Part shown: positions 10,850-27,100 of the stretch, piece after piece | How the letters are laid out: each line of letters opens with the position of its first letter | How positions within the stretch are numbered: position 1 is the first letter of the stretch | Assembly: GCF_009914755.1 (NCBI RefSeq) | Contig: NC_060935.1 | DNA: 64,000 bases | Origin: the human T2T-CHM13v2.0 reference genome, Homo sapiens | Strand: one strand, 5' to 3' | Position numbers and translations under genes: made by a program | The notes under the pieces: generated by a model | Seen by the model: only the letters and a program-made list of their open reading frames with translations | Told to the model about the DNA's origin: nothing | The model's database searches: none

Positions 10850-13400
10850 TATTCACTGGATGTACATGGAGGGAAAAGGAGAAGTTAAATTCTAGGTTGC
10901 TGGTATTGGAATTTGAGAGGACAGGAGTTTCACCAAGCAAAACAGAGAATTTAGGAGGAAAAGACATTCTACAGGGTATGGATTTAGACATGTCGAATTT
11001 TGTATGCTACAGTAGATGACCAGCAAATGGCTAAGTATGAGGAACTGGGGCTCAGGAAAGGAAATATGAATTGGAAATACAGTATAGGTTTTTACGGTTG
11101 TCAGGATTGAGGTGGTGTGGAAGCCATGGGAACAGGGGCAGTCACTGCATTCACCCACGTAGAGTTTGTAGATTGAGAAGAGAGAGGGTCAAAGTCAAGT
11201 ATTAAAGAGACAAACAATGAATGAGACCTGAGTAAAGGGCACTGAGTGCAAAGGGAGAGAGATAGCAGAAGCTTCAGGGGAGCATGATATGGAGGAAACC
11301 AAGTGAACATGGAAAAACAAACTAACTCCATTTTTCTCCACTCTATTACTCTCACTCAACAACCAAGACTTTACTCCTGGCCACCAAAATGTGTGGTTTT
11401 TTCCCCCTCACATGCATTCCCAACCAATTCTCTGACACCCAGATGTAGCTGGATATCCTGCAACTTAACTGGATTCCAACACTGTCTACTTGGAGATAGC
11501 ACAGACTCTACAAGTCAAGGACTCAGACCCACAAGACTGCCTCCCACTTCATATTTCAGTTGCAACTCCCAGATTGTGACCTTTGCTTCTGACCCTCCAG
11601 CTTTAAATCAGGGTTCCCACAATCCCCTCCTTGGGTTCCATAGCTTCCTAGGATGACTCAGAGAAACATGTGCTTACTGGTTTCTTGTAAACTATATTAC
11701 AAAGGACACAGATGAACAGTGAAATGAAAAGTTACCTGGGGCAAAGTGTATGGGAAGAGGCATAGAGTTTCCAAGCCTTTCTGCGTACACCACCCTCACA
11801 GCACCTTCATGTGTTCAACAGCCTGGAACTGCTCTGAACCCTGTAGTTCAGGGATTTTTATGGAGGCTTCATGATGTAGGCATGATCTATTATTTAACTC
11901 AATCTCCAGCCTTTCTTCTCTTCCTGGAAGTCAGGCAGTGGGGCTGAAAGTCCCAAGCTTTTAATCCTGGCTTGGTCTTTCTGGTAACCAACCTCCATCC
12001 AGGAGCCTACCAAGAGTCACCTCATTAAAACACAAGACGTCCTTATTGCCTAGGAAATTCCAAAGATTTTAGGAGCTCTTTGACAGAAACTGGGGGCAGA
12101 GACCAAGTATGTATTTCTTATTATATCACAATGTCATGCCACTAGGAAGTGAATTATTCCTTGAAAGTGGGAGAGGTTGATCAGTAGTATCAAATATTGT
12201 AGGAAGCACAGGTAAATAAGACAGAAAAGTGGTCACTGGATATGAACATAGAAGGTCACTGGTGACTTGCCAGAGTACTTTTAGTAGTGTAGTAAAAGAG
12301 TAAGAGCCATGAGCTGTGACTCATGGGGTATACGGAAAGTGAAGGACACACAAACACAATCATGTATATATGTATATGAATTACATATATTAGAATACAT
12401 CTCTATATTAGAAAAATATATATTAGGAAACTTTATAATTTTTTAAGTGGATGGGGAAGTGTGGATGATTTTTTGTAAATGTTTTTGCTTGTTTGATTTT
12501 AAGATGGTAAAGCCTTGCAGATATTTATGTATCAAAAGGATAAAGGCAGAAAAGAGAATGAATTTGATCCTGAAGGAATAAGAGAAGGAAAAATGGCCCA
12601 AAGTAGGTGGGAATGATAAACCTTGAACAGAGGGTCATATGATTGTAGAGATTACAAAGTATCCCATTGTGGGTTTAGACACAGGTATACTTAACTCACA
12701 CCTGATAGCCTTCTTATTCTTTGTGAAGTAGAAAGCCAGAGGTTCAGAGAATGATTAAGGAAAAGATGGGTTTGGAATATCTTCTAAAGGAATATTGACA
12801 GTGAATTGTCTAAGCCAAAGGAAAGGTTTGTTAAACAGAATTGAAAACCAGTTCATATTGGAAATTATAAATTTCCAATAATGTCAGCTTGTATGGATAT
12901 AAAATTTTCTCTGGCTCTTCTCAGCCATACATGTTTAGGGACAGAGAATATAGATTGCAGAATGAATTTGGAAAGAATGCCAAGTAAGAAAATGGGAGAA
13001 AAGAGTTGAAGTTACAAGTGAATAACTCAAGATATCCATGTGGGTTTCATGGTTGGTAAAAGAATGAAATTAAAAGGTAGTTGATAGATAAAAGGAAAAT
13101 GAGGGATTCACAGGCCGGAGACATCACTGGGATTGAAGAGCAAGTACAATGGGAATTAGAAAGTAAAAGACCTGATACACTTATTTTGGCAGAGAAGGGC
13201 CTCTAGATTTGAAGTTTTCACACTGAAGGAAGAGCCAAATGATGATATATAGGTAAGACACAGCCATATAGGAGTGGAAACAATGTTCAGTGGGATTAAG
13301 AAAGGTCAAGGAACTTAGGATCTATTGTGTTGGATCAGCTCTCCAAGAATTCTGAAATATTCCCATGGAGCAGTATGCAGAAGAAGACTCTAAGTGCTTA
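10850..13400 (-). mobile_element. L2 internal fragment split by the MER21 LTR
   Basis: L2-like purine-rich text ends ggaggaaaccaag at 11303 and resumes after ~12138 (gaaggtcactggtgacttg). Confidence 0.55.
11304..12138 (-). mobile_element. MER21-family (MER21B-like) solo LTR
   Basis: About 835 bp with cccacaagactgc, aaatcagggttcccac, tttatggaggcttcat, ggaaattccaa, and terminus tttcttattatatcacaatgtca. Confidence 0.8.
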
Positions 13401-13919
13401 TGGCAATGTGATTGTATGTTAGGGCATTTCAGGAATCTGTGTAGAATGAGGATCTCATTAAGTTCACTTATTCTCCTTCTTCTCCACACCAGGGCTATAC
13501 TGTTTCCTCTCACTGCATTAACTGAAACCATCCCCATTTTTTTGCTCAGGCTCTATCTCTTCAAACCTGGCTGCAGAGTGAAACTCAGCCTTCCCAGCCC
13601 TCACATCCCTGATGCTTCTGAGGACAATCCTGCAGGCCCTTTTGGTTCTGAGAACCTGCTGATTGCTGTCAGAAACTGAAGTGAAAGTGGCAGGTACCAA
13701 ATGTAGGAGGCTGCAGTTTCCAGAATCTTACACCTTCCTCTCTGGCATGGTCTCCTGGGTGTATTTTCTGACTCTTTTCTGGAAGGTGCAATGGAAGCCA
13801 CATGGAACTTGATTTCTCCATGAATTCCTGAGTGGGGCTCAGCAAACCAAACTCATTGGACTGACCTTCCCCTCTCTTTGAGGATGGGCCAGTTTCTTCC
13901 TGTTTTATGTTACAAAACA

Positions 13920-15870
13920 CAAAAAACAGAGACATTTTCAAAATATAATAAACATTTGTTTTTCTACAACTGAAATTAAACAGAAATTAATATGTTGTCA
14001 TATCTGCTTCAGATCTCTGTTTTTTAAAAGAAATAATTTCAGTTACAGATAAGGTCCCACCTACATTCTTCTCCCATCTATTCACCCCATAGATATCTAC
14101 TAACTTGAAGTTTGTGTAATGTCCATTTGTGTTTCGTGCTTTTACTATTTATGTGTGTCTGCAAATAATACATACCCTATTACAATTAATTTTTTCACTC
14201 GACTTTTTCTTATGAGCTTTCTTCATGTTGATATATGGTGGCTGTAGTCTATTCACTGTAATTATTATATAGTATTTCACTGTATGAGTAAACCACAGTT
14301 TGTTAGTTGCCTGATAAGGCACAGTTTATTTCCATTTATTCACTATTAGAAGCAATGCTATCAAGAGAATCCTTGAATTTGTTTTCTTGTGCACATTCAC
14401 TAGACATGGTAATGTCTAATGTGTCCACAAGAGAGAGGCTAGAAAGGATATTGCCATAGTTTATGTATGGTAAGGGTATATTTAACTTCTTAAGAAACTG
14501 TCAAGCTGTTTTTCAAGGTGTTCGTGCCATTTTTTTTATTTCTACCAACAGGGTATGAGAGTTCCTGTAGCTTCAATTCCTTACCAACACTTGGTAATGT
14601 GTCTTTTTAATTTTAATCATTCTAGTAGGTATAATAAAGGTATCTCATGGTATGGCTTTAATTTACTTTTCCCTTATGACTAATGATGTTCAGCATCTTT
14701 TCATGGTATATATTCTTTGTGAACTGTCTTAAATGTTTACCAACATTTCATTGGATTATTTTCTTCTTATTAAGCTGGAATAAGTTCTTTACATAATCTG
14801 GATTAAAATTCCTTGTAAAATACATGTATTGAGAACATTTTATTCTAGTTTGTGGTTTACCTTTTCATTTTGCTAGTTTAAAATTTTTAAATTAGTAATT
14901 ATTTTCTTTAGGGCTTTTGCTTTTTGTGTTTTATTCAAGAAATATTTGCCTACCTCAAAGTCATGACAATTTTATGCTGTGATTTTTTTGTCTGGAAATA
15001 TTGTAATTTTAGCTTTTGTGTTTAGGTCTATGATCCATTTTCAGTTCATTTTTTTGTATGTTATTAGGAGAAGGCTGAGTTTTACTTTTTTTCATGTAGA
15101 TATCCAGTTATCTCAGCACCATTTGTTGAAAATACTTTTCTTTCTTCAGCGATTTATCTTGTGATCTTTGTTGAAAATCAATTTACCATATATGTGAAGG
15201 TCTATTTCTGGACCTTTGATTCCTCTCCATTGATCCAAAAAACCTATCTTTATGTGAGTACCTGTGTATTACTATAGCTTTATAGTAAGTCTGGAAATCA
15301 TACAATATAAATCTTTCATAGCTGTTATTTTTCAAAAAAATATTTTCACAAGTCTAAATTCATTGCATTTCCATATAAATTTTAGAATCAACTTGCTATT
15401 TTCTAAAAAAGAAGGCTGCTAGGACTTTAATAGGAATAGTTTGAAACTGTAGAGTAAATTAGGGACAACTGACATCTTAACACTATTGAGTCTTTTGATC
15501 CATGAACATGGTATGTCATGCCATTTATTTACATCTTTAAAAATCCCTCTCAACAGTATTTTGTAGTTTTCAAGATATTGATCTTGCACATATTTTGTTA
15601 AATTTATCCCTACATATTTTCATTTTTATACTAGTATTAATAATATCATTTCTTATTTCATTTTTAAATTGTTTACTGATAACATATAAAAATATAGTTA
15701 ATATTGGTATATTGCCCTTGCATCTTATAAACATGATAAAGTCACATATTTGTTCTATAGATGTTATTGTAAATTCCTTATAATTTTCTGTAAAACTATA
15801 ATGTCATGTGCAAATAAAGATAGTATTACTTCCTTTATTTCACTCTGTATACCTTTATTTTTAAAATTAT
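13920..15870 (-). mobile_element. Old L1M fragments (L1ME-like 3' end plus L1MC/MD-like ORF2 3' part)
   Basis: Antisense L1 text such as cagcaccatttgttgaaaa, ctatagctttatagtaagtct and atccatgaacatgg. Heavily decayed. Confidence 0.8.
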
Positions 15871-16033
15871 TTATTATTTTTAGTTGTTTTTAAATTGAGG
15901 TAAAATTTACATAACATATAATTAAACATTTTAAAGTGTACGACTCAGTAGCATTTGGTACTTTCACAATGTTGTGCAACCACTACCTCTAGGTAGTTCT
16001 AAAACATTTTAATAAATCCAAAATATAACCCTC

Positions 16034-17062
16034 GGTCCGGCATTTCAAGATGGCCGAATAGGAAGAGCTCCAGTCTGCAGCTCCCAGTGTGAGCGACGCA
16101 GAAGATGGGTGATTTCTGCATTTCCAACTGAGGTACCGGGTTCATCTCACTGGGGAGTGTCGGACAGCAGGTGCAGGACAGTGGGTGCAGTGCACCAAGT
16201 GTGAGCTGAAGCAGGGCGAGGCATTGCCTCACCCGGGAAGCGCAAGGGGTCAGGGAATTCCCTTTCCTAATCAAAGAAAGCGGTGACAGATGGCACCTGG
16301 AAAATCAGGTCACTCCCACCCTAATACTGCACTTTTCCAATGGTCTTAGCAAACGGCACACCAGGAGATTATATCCCGTGCGTGACTCAGAGGGTCCTAC
16401 GCCCACGGAGCCTTGCTCACTGCTAGCACAGCAGTCTGAGGTCAAACTGCAAGGCAACAGTGAGGCTGGGGGAGGGGCACCCCCCATTGCCAAGGCTTGA
16501 GTAGGTAAACAAAGCAGCTGGGAAGCTCAAACTGGGTGGAGCCCACCACAGCTCAAGGAGGCCTGCCTGCCTTGTAGACTCCACCTCTAGGGGCAGGGCA
16601 TAACCAAACAAAAGGCAGCAGAAATCTCTGCAGACTTAAATGACCCTGTCTGACAGCTTTGAAGAGAGTAGTGGTTCTCCCAGCACGCAGCTTGAGATCT
16701 GAGAACTGACAGACTGCCTCTTCAAGTGCGTCCCTGACCCCCAAGTAGCCTAACTTGGAGGCAACCCCCAGTAGGGACAGACTGACACCTCACACGGCCG
16801 GGTACCCCTCTGAGGCAAAACTTCCAGAGGAACGATCAGGCAGCAACATTTCCTGTTCACCAATATCCACTGTTCTGCAGCCTCCGCTGCTGATACCCAG
16901 GCAAACAGGGTCTGGAGTGAACCTCCAGCAAACTCCAACAGACCTGCAGCTGAGGGTCCTGACTGTTAGAAGGAAAACTAACAAACAGAAAGGACATCCA
17001 CACCAAAAACCCCATCTGTATGTCACCATCATCAAAGACCAAAGGTAGATAAAACCACGAAG
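16034..17062 (+). promoter_or_regulatory. L1 5'UTR internal sense promoter and antisense promoter
   Basis: Intact YY1 site caagatggccg at 16046-16056 and SOX-type aaacaaa sites near 16508 and 16606. Many CpGs have decayed to TpG/CpA. Confidence 0.75.
16305..16487 (-). pseudogene. L1 antisense ORF0 homolog, truncated (60 aa)
   Basis: ATG at 16487 gives MGGAPPPASLLPCSLTSDCCAS...IRVGVT, then TGA where ORF0 normally continues with Arg (CGA>TGA). Confidence 0.8.
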
Positions 17063-18062
17063 ATGAAGAAAAAACAGAGCAGAAAAACTGGAAACTCTAA
17101 AAATCAGAGTGCCTCTCCCCTCCAAAGGAATGCAGCTCCTCACCCGCAATGGAATAAAGCTGGATGGAGAATGACTTTGACGAGTTGAGAGAAGAAGGCT
17201 TCAGATGATCAAACTACTCCAAGCTAAAGGAGGAAGTTCGAACCCATGGCAAAGAAGTTAAAAACCTTGAAAAAAAAATTAGACGAATGGCTAACTAGAA
17301 TAACCAATGCAGAGAAGTCTTTAAAGGACCTGAGGGAGCTGAAAACCAAGGCAGGAGAACTATATGACAAATGCACAAGCCTCAGTAGCCGATTTGATAA
17401 CTGCAAGAAAGGGCATCAGTGATGGAAGATCAAATGAATGAAATGAAGTGAGAAGAGCAGTTTAGAGAAAAAAGAATAAAAATAAACGAACAAAGCCTCC
17501 AAGAAATATGGGACTATGTGAAAAGACCAAATCTACATCTGATTGGTGTACCTGAAAGTGACGGGGAGAATGGAACCAAGTTGGAAAACACTTTGCAGGA
17601 TATTTTCCAGGAGAACTTCCCAATCTAGCAAGGCAGGCCAACATTCAAATTCAGGAAATACAGAGAACGCCACAAAGATATTCCTCAAGAAGAGCAACTC
17701 CAAGACACATAATTGTCAGATTCACCAAAGTTGAAATGAAGGAAAAAATGTTAAGGGCAGCCAGAGAGAAAGGTCGGGTTACCCACAAAGGGAAGCCCAT
17801 CAGACTAACAGCTGATCTCTCGGCAGAAACTCTACAAGCCAGAAGAGAGTGGGGGCAAATATTCAACATTCTTCAACCCAGAATTTCATATCCAGCCAAA
17901 CTAAGCTTCATAAGTGAAGGAGAAATAAAATACTTTACAGCCAAGCAAATGCTGAGAGATTTTATCACCACCAGGCCTGCCCTAAAAGAGCTCCTGAAGG
18001 AAGCACTAACCATGGAAAGGAACAACCGGTACCAGCCACTGCAAAAACATGCCAAATTGTAA
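17063..18062 (+). pseudogene. L1 ORF1p remnant (L1PA)
   Basis: Starts MKKKQSRKTGN and ends RYQPLQKHAKL*. Carries frameshifts, stops, and an in-frame loss of KEKNF (IFNILQPRISY). Confidence 0.92.
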
Positions 18063-18125
18063 AGACCATCAAGGCTAGGAAGAAACTGCATCAACTAACG
18101 AGCAAAATAACCAGCTAACATCATA

Positions 18126-21956
<3,831 letters not shown>

Positions 21957-22869
21957 ACAATGAGAACACATGGACACAGGAAGGGGAACATCACACACCG
22001 GGGCCTGTTGTGGGGTGGGGGGAGGCGGGAGGGATTGCATTATGAGATATACCTAATGTTAAATGACGAGTTAATGGGTGCAGCACACCAACATCGCACA
22101 TGTATACATATGTAACAAACCTGCACGTTGTGCTCATGTACCCTAAAACTTAAAGTATATTAAAAAAAACAAAAAAAACAAAACAACAACAAAAAAATAT
22201 GTAACCCTCTGCCAATTAAGCAATTACTCTCCACTTTCCCCAACCCTACCTCTCCTCCTCTCTAACCCCTAGGAACCACTAATCTGCTTCCTATCTTTAC
22301 AAATTTACAAATTATGGGTATTTTATATAAGTGGAATTATATAATATGTAATCTTTTCTGACTTCTTAACATAACATTTTTGAGGTTCATCCACATTGCA
22401 GCACATATTAGTACTTTATTCCTTTTTATAACTAAATTATATTTTATTGTATGTATATACCATAATTTGTTTATCCATTCTTCCGTTGATAGATGTTTGT
22501 GTTGTTTCCACATTTTGACTACTGTGAATAATACGGCTATCAGCAACTGTGTACATGTGTTTGTTTGAGTTCCTGTTTTCAGTTATATGAGATATATACC
22601 TAGGAGCATAGAATTGGTGGGTCATATGGTAACTTTATCTTTAACCACCAAACTGTTTTCCACAGCAGCAGCACAATCTTACATTCCCACCAGCAATGCA
22701 CAAGAGTTCCAATTTCTCCACATCTTTACCAGTACTTGTAAATTTTTATCTTTTTTATTATCGCTGTCCTGATGGGTATGAAGTATTACCTCATTGTGGT
22801 TTTGATTTACGTTTTCTTTGTAACTAATGACACTGAGCAACTTTTCTTTCCCTTTTTGTTATGTATTTT

Positions 22870-23800
22870 TAGATAAAAATTATTCAGCTTTATTGAAGTA
22901 TGATCAACAAATAAAATTATATATGTTAACGTATGATGTATGATGTGATGATTTGATATGTGTTTGCACTGTGGAGTGATTACCTCAATCAAGTTAACAC
23001 ATCCACCACCTCACATTGTTATCTTTTTTAAAAAAAAAGTTGAAGAATACAATACGGTATTATTAACGATAGTCACCATGCAGGATATTATATCCTCAGA
23101 ACTTATTTACCTATAACTAAAAGTTTGTACCCTTTGACCAACATCTCCTCATTTTTCCTACCCCTGCCCCAGCCCCTTGGCAACCACCATTCCACTCTCT
23201 GCTTCTATGAGTTCAACTTTTTTTTCTTACGATTCCACATATAAGTGATACCATACAGCATTTGTCTTTCTCTGTCTGGCTTATTTCACTTAGCATAAGG
23301 GCCTGCGGTTTCATCCGCATTATCACAAATAGTAGAATTTCCTGCTTTCTAATGACAAATAATATTCTGTCGTATGCATACGTCACATTTTCTTTATTCG
23401 ATTATTCATGGATTGCTGCTTAGGTCATTTTTATATCTTAGCTACTGTCAACAATGCTAAAATAAACATAGGAATGTTGATAACTTTTCAAGATACTGAT
23501 TTTGTTTCCTTTGGATATGTACCCAGGCATGAGGTTGCTAGATCATATGGTAGTTCTATTTTTAACGTTTTGAGGACCCTCCATGCTGTTTTTCATAATG
23601 GCTGTACCAATTTACATTCCCACCAAGAGGATATAAGGATTGCCTTTATTCCACATCCTTGCCAACACTTGTTATCTCTGGTCTTTTTGAATAACCATTT
23701 TAACAGATGTGAGGTAATATCTCATTGTGGTTTTGTGTTTCCCAGATGATTAGTGACTTTGAATACCTTCTCATGTACCTCTTAGCCATCTATATGCCTT
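22870..23800 (-). mobile_element. L1MA8/9-like 3' fragment
   Basis: cagctttattgaagtatga...gatagtcaccatg...aaagtttgtaccctttgaccaacatctcc. Confidence 0.75.
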
Positions 23801-23802
23801 TA

Positions 23803-24170
23803 AAAATCAGTTTTATTGAAGTAGAACTGATATAAAATAGACCACACTTATTTAAAGTGTACAATTTGATAAGTTTGACACATGTATATAATCATAAAGC
23901 CATTGCCACAATCAGGATAATGAACATATTTAACATAACCAAAAGTTTTCTCATGCCCCCTTGTATGCCTGCCATTCTCATCCTTACAGGCAACTACTGA
24001 CACGCTATCTGTAATTATACACTAGTTTGCAATATCTGGAGTTTTAATAAACAGGATATAGTGCAAATTATTTTGGTGTCTAGCTTCTTCCACTCAACAT
24101 AGTTATTTTGAGATTCATTCATGTTTTAAATAGATCATTTTATTTATGAGTAGTATTCTATTGTATACCA
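23803..24170 (-). mobile_element. L1MC-like 3' fragment
   Basis: cagttttattgaagta...tttaaagtgtacaatttgataagtttgaca...ccacaatcaggataatgaacat. Confidence 0.7.
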
Positions 24171-24199
24171 CGAGGATTTTCTCTGGTGTTTTTAAAATT

Positions 24200-27100
24200 T
24201 ATTTTAAAATATTTAATTGATAAATAAAGATTGTATATTTTCAAGATGTATAATGTGATAATTTGATATATGTATATATTGTGTAATGATTGGCACAATC
24301 AAATCAACACACCCATCACCACCCATGCTGTACATTAGATTCCCAGAACTAGTGAATCTTATAACTAAAAATGTGTACTTTGTGATTAATTTCCCACAAC
24401 CCCTTTTACCCCCTAGCCACTGACAACCATCATTCAACGTGTTACTATGAATTGGACCTTTTTAGATTCCATATATAAGTAAGATCATAGAGTGACTTTC
24501 TTTCTGTGTCTGGCTTTTCCCACTTAGCATAATGTCCTCCAGGTTCATCCATATTGTTGCAAATGGCAGGATTTATTTCTTTATCATAGCTGGAGAATAT
24601 TCTATTATGTGTGTATGTGTGTGCATATATATTATATATGTATAATATATATATACAAGTATATTATATACATATATTATTACATATAAAATATAGGTAT
24701 AGTATATGTAGAAATATAATATAAATTAGATATAATGAATATATATATATTAATTCTTAACTCATTCATCTGTCAATGGCACTTAGATTGTTTCCATATC
24801 TTGGCTATTATAAATAATGCTGCAGTGAATATGAGAGTGCAGATATCTCTTTGAGATACTGATTTCATTTCCTTTGGACATATACCCAGAAGTAAAGTTG
24901 TTGGGTTTCCTGGTAGTTCTATTTTAAAATGTTTGAGGAATTTCCACACTTTTCCATAATGGCTATATCAATTTACAATCCTGCCAACAGTATTCAAGGG
25001 TTTTAATTTTTTCACAGCCTCACCAACACTTACCTCTTGTCTTTTTGAATAGCCACTCTAACAAGTGTGAGATGATAGCTCAGTGTGATTTTGATTTGCA
25101 TTCCTCTAAAGATAGTGATGTTAAGTAACTTTCCATATACCTGTTTGGCATTTGTATATCTTCTTTGGAAAATTGTCTGTTCAGAGCCTTTGCCCATTTA
25201 TTAAAAATCAGCTATTTTTTTGTTTTGCTGTTCAGCTGTGTGCATTCTTTATGTATTTTGGATATTAACCACTTATCAGATACATGCTTTGAAAATATTT
25301 TACCAGTTCTCTAGGTTGCCTTTTCATTTTGTTGATTGTTTCCATTGCTGTGTGGAAGATTTTTAGTTTGATGTACTCCCTCTTGTGTATTTTTACTTTT
25401 GTAGCCTGTGTGTTTGATATCATATTCAAAAACTCATTTTCATAGCCAGTATCAAAAACCTTTTTTTCCTGTTTTCTTCTAGAAGTTTTATAGTTTCAGA
25501 TATTACATTTAAGTCTTTAATCCATTTGGGGTTAATATTTGTATATAGCAATATACAAGAGTCCAGTTTCATTCTTTTGTATGTGGCTATCCATTTTTCC
25601 CATAGCCATTTATCAAAGAAACTTTTTTTTCTCCCATTGTATATCTTCATTGTGAGCTCTTGTCAAAGATTAGTTGACCACATATGGATGAGTTTACTTC
25701 TGGGCTCTCTATTCTGTTTCATTGGTCTATGAATCTCTTTTTTATGCCAATATCACACTGTTTTGATGACCGTAACTTTGTAATATAGGGAAATTAGGGA
25801 GTGTGAGGCCTCCAGCTTTTTGGTTAATTGCTTTGGCTTTTCAAGGTTTCTTATTGTTCCCTACACATTTAAGTATTTTTTTTCTATTTTTGAGAAAAAT
25901 GCTTTGGAGTTTTGATAGAAATTGAATTAAATCTGTGTATCACCTTGGATAACATGGAAATTTTAACAATATTTATTCTTCCAGTCTATGAACCTATCTT
26001 TCAATTTACTTGTGCCTTCTTCAATTTCTTTTATCAATGTCATAGTTTTTAGTGTACAGATATTTCATCTCCTTCTAAATAATTTGTTCTTTTTGATGCT
26101 ATTGTTAAGTGGAATTATTTTTTAGAATTTCATTTTTGGGCAGTTTGTTAGTGTATAGAAACAGAAGTGTATAGAAACAATTTCTTTCCTTTTTGAACAG
26201 TTTGTTGTCAGTGTATAAAAACAAAAGTAACTTTTGTATACTGATTTTGTATTCTGCAACTTCACTGAATTTGTTTATTACAGATATTTTGTAGTCATTA
26301 GGATTTTCTACATATAAGATAATGTCATCTGAAAACAGAGACAATTTAACTTTTTCTTTTCTATCTTGGATGCCTTTCATTTCTTTTTCTAACCTAATTG
26401 CTCTGGCTGGGACTTCAAGTATTATGTTTAATATAAGTGGTGAGAGTAAGCACCCTTGTCTTTTTCCTGATCTTAGAGAAAAGTTTCCATCTTCTCACCA
26501 TTGAGTATGGAGTTACCTATGGGCTTGCCATATATAGTCTTTATTATGTTGAAGTACATTCCTTTCACATCTAATTTGTTGAAAGACTTTATCATAAAAA
26601 GATGTTAAATTTTGTCAAATACTTTTTCTGCATCCATTGAGATGACCATATGATTCTTTATCTTGTTAATATGGTGTATCACATTTTTAATTTGCATATG
26701 TCAATTGCATATGTCAAACCATCCATGCATCTCAAGGATAAATTATGTTTGATTATAGTGTTTTAGCCATTTAATGTGCTGTTTGAGTTTAGTAGTATGT
26801 TGTTGAGGATTTTTGCATCATATTAGTCAAGGTATTGGCCTATAATTTTCTTTTCTTGTAGTGTCCTTATCTGGCTTTGGTATGACACTAATGCTAGCCT
26901 CATAAAGTGAGTTTGAAAGTGTTACCTTCTCTTCAATTTTTTTAAAGAGTTTGAAATGAATTGGCCTTGGATCTTTTTCAAAAAAGAATTCACCCACGAA
27001 GCCATTTGGCTCTGAGCTTTCCTTTGTTGGGAGGTTTTTGATTACTGATTCAATCTCCTTATTTATTGGTCTGTTCAGATTTTCTATTTCTTTATCATTC

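Noticed and set aside
22012-22034. G-quadruplex motif
   Set aside because: It is the ordinary G-rich tract of the L1PA 3'UTR.
24610-24755. TA-rich quasi-palindromic tract
   Set aside because: This is a common low-complexity expansion at this position of L1MA 3' regions.
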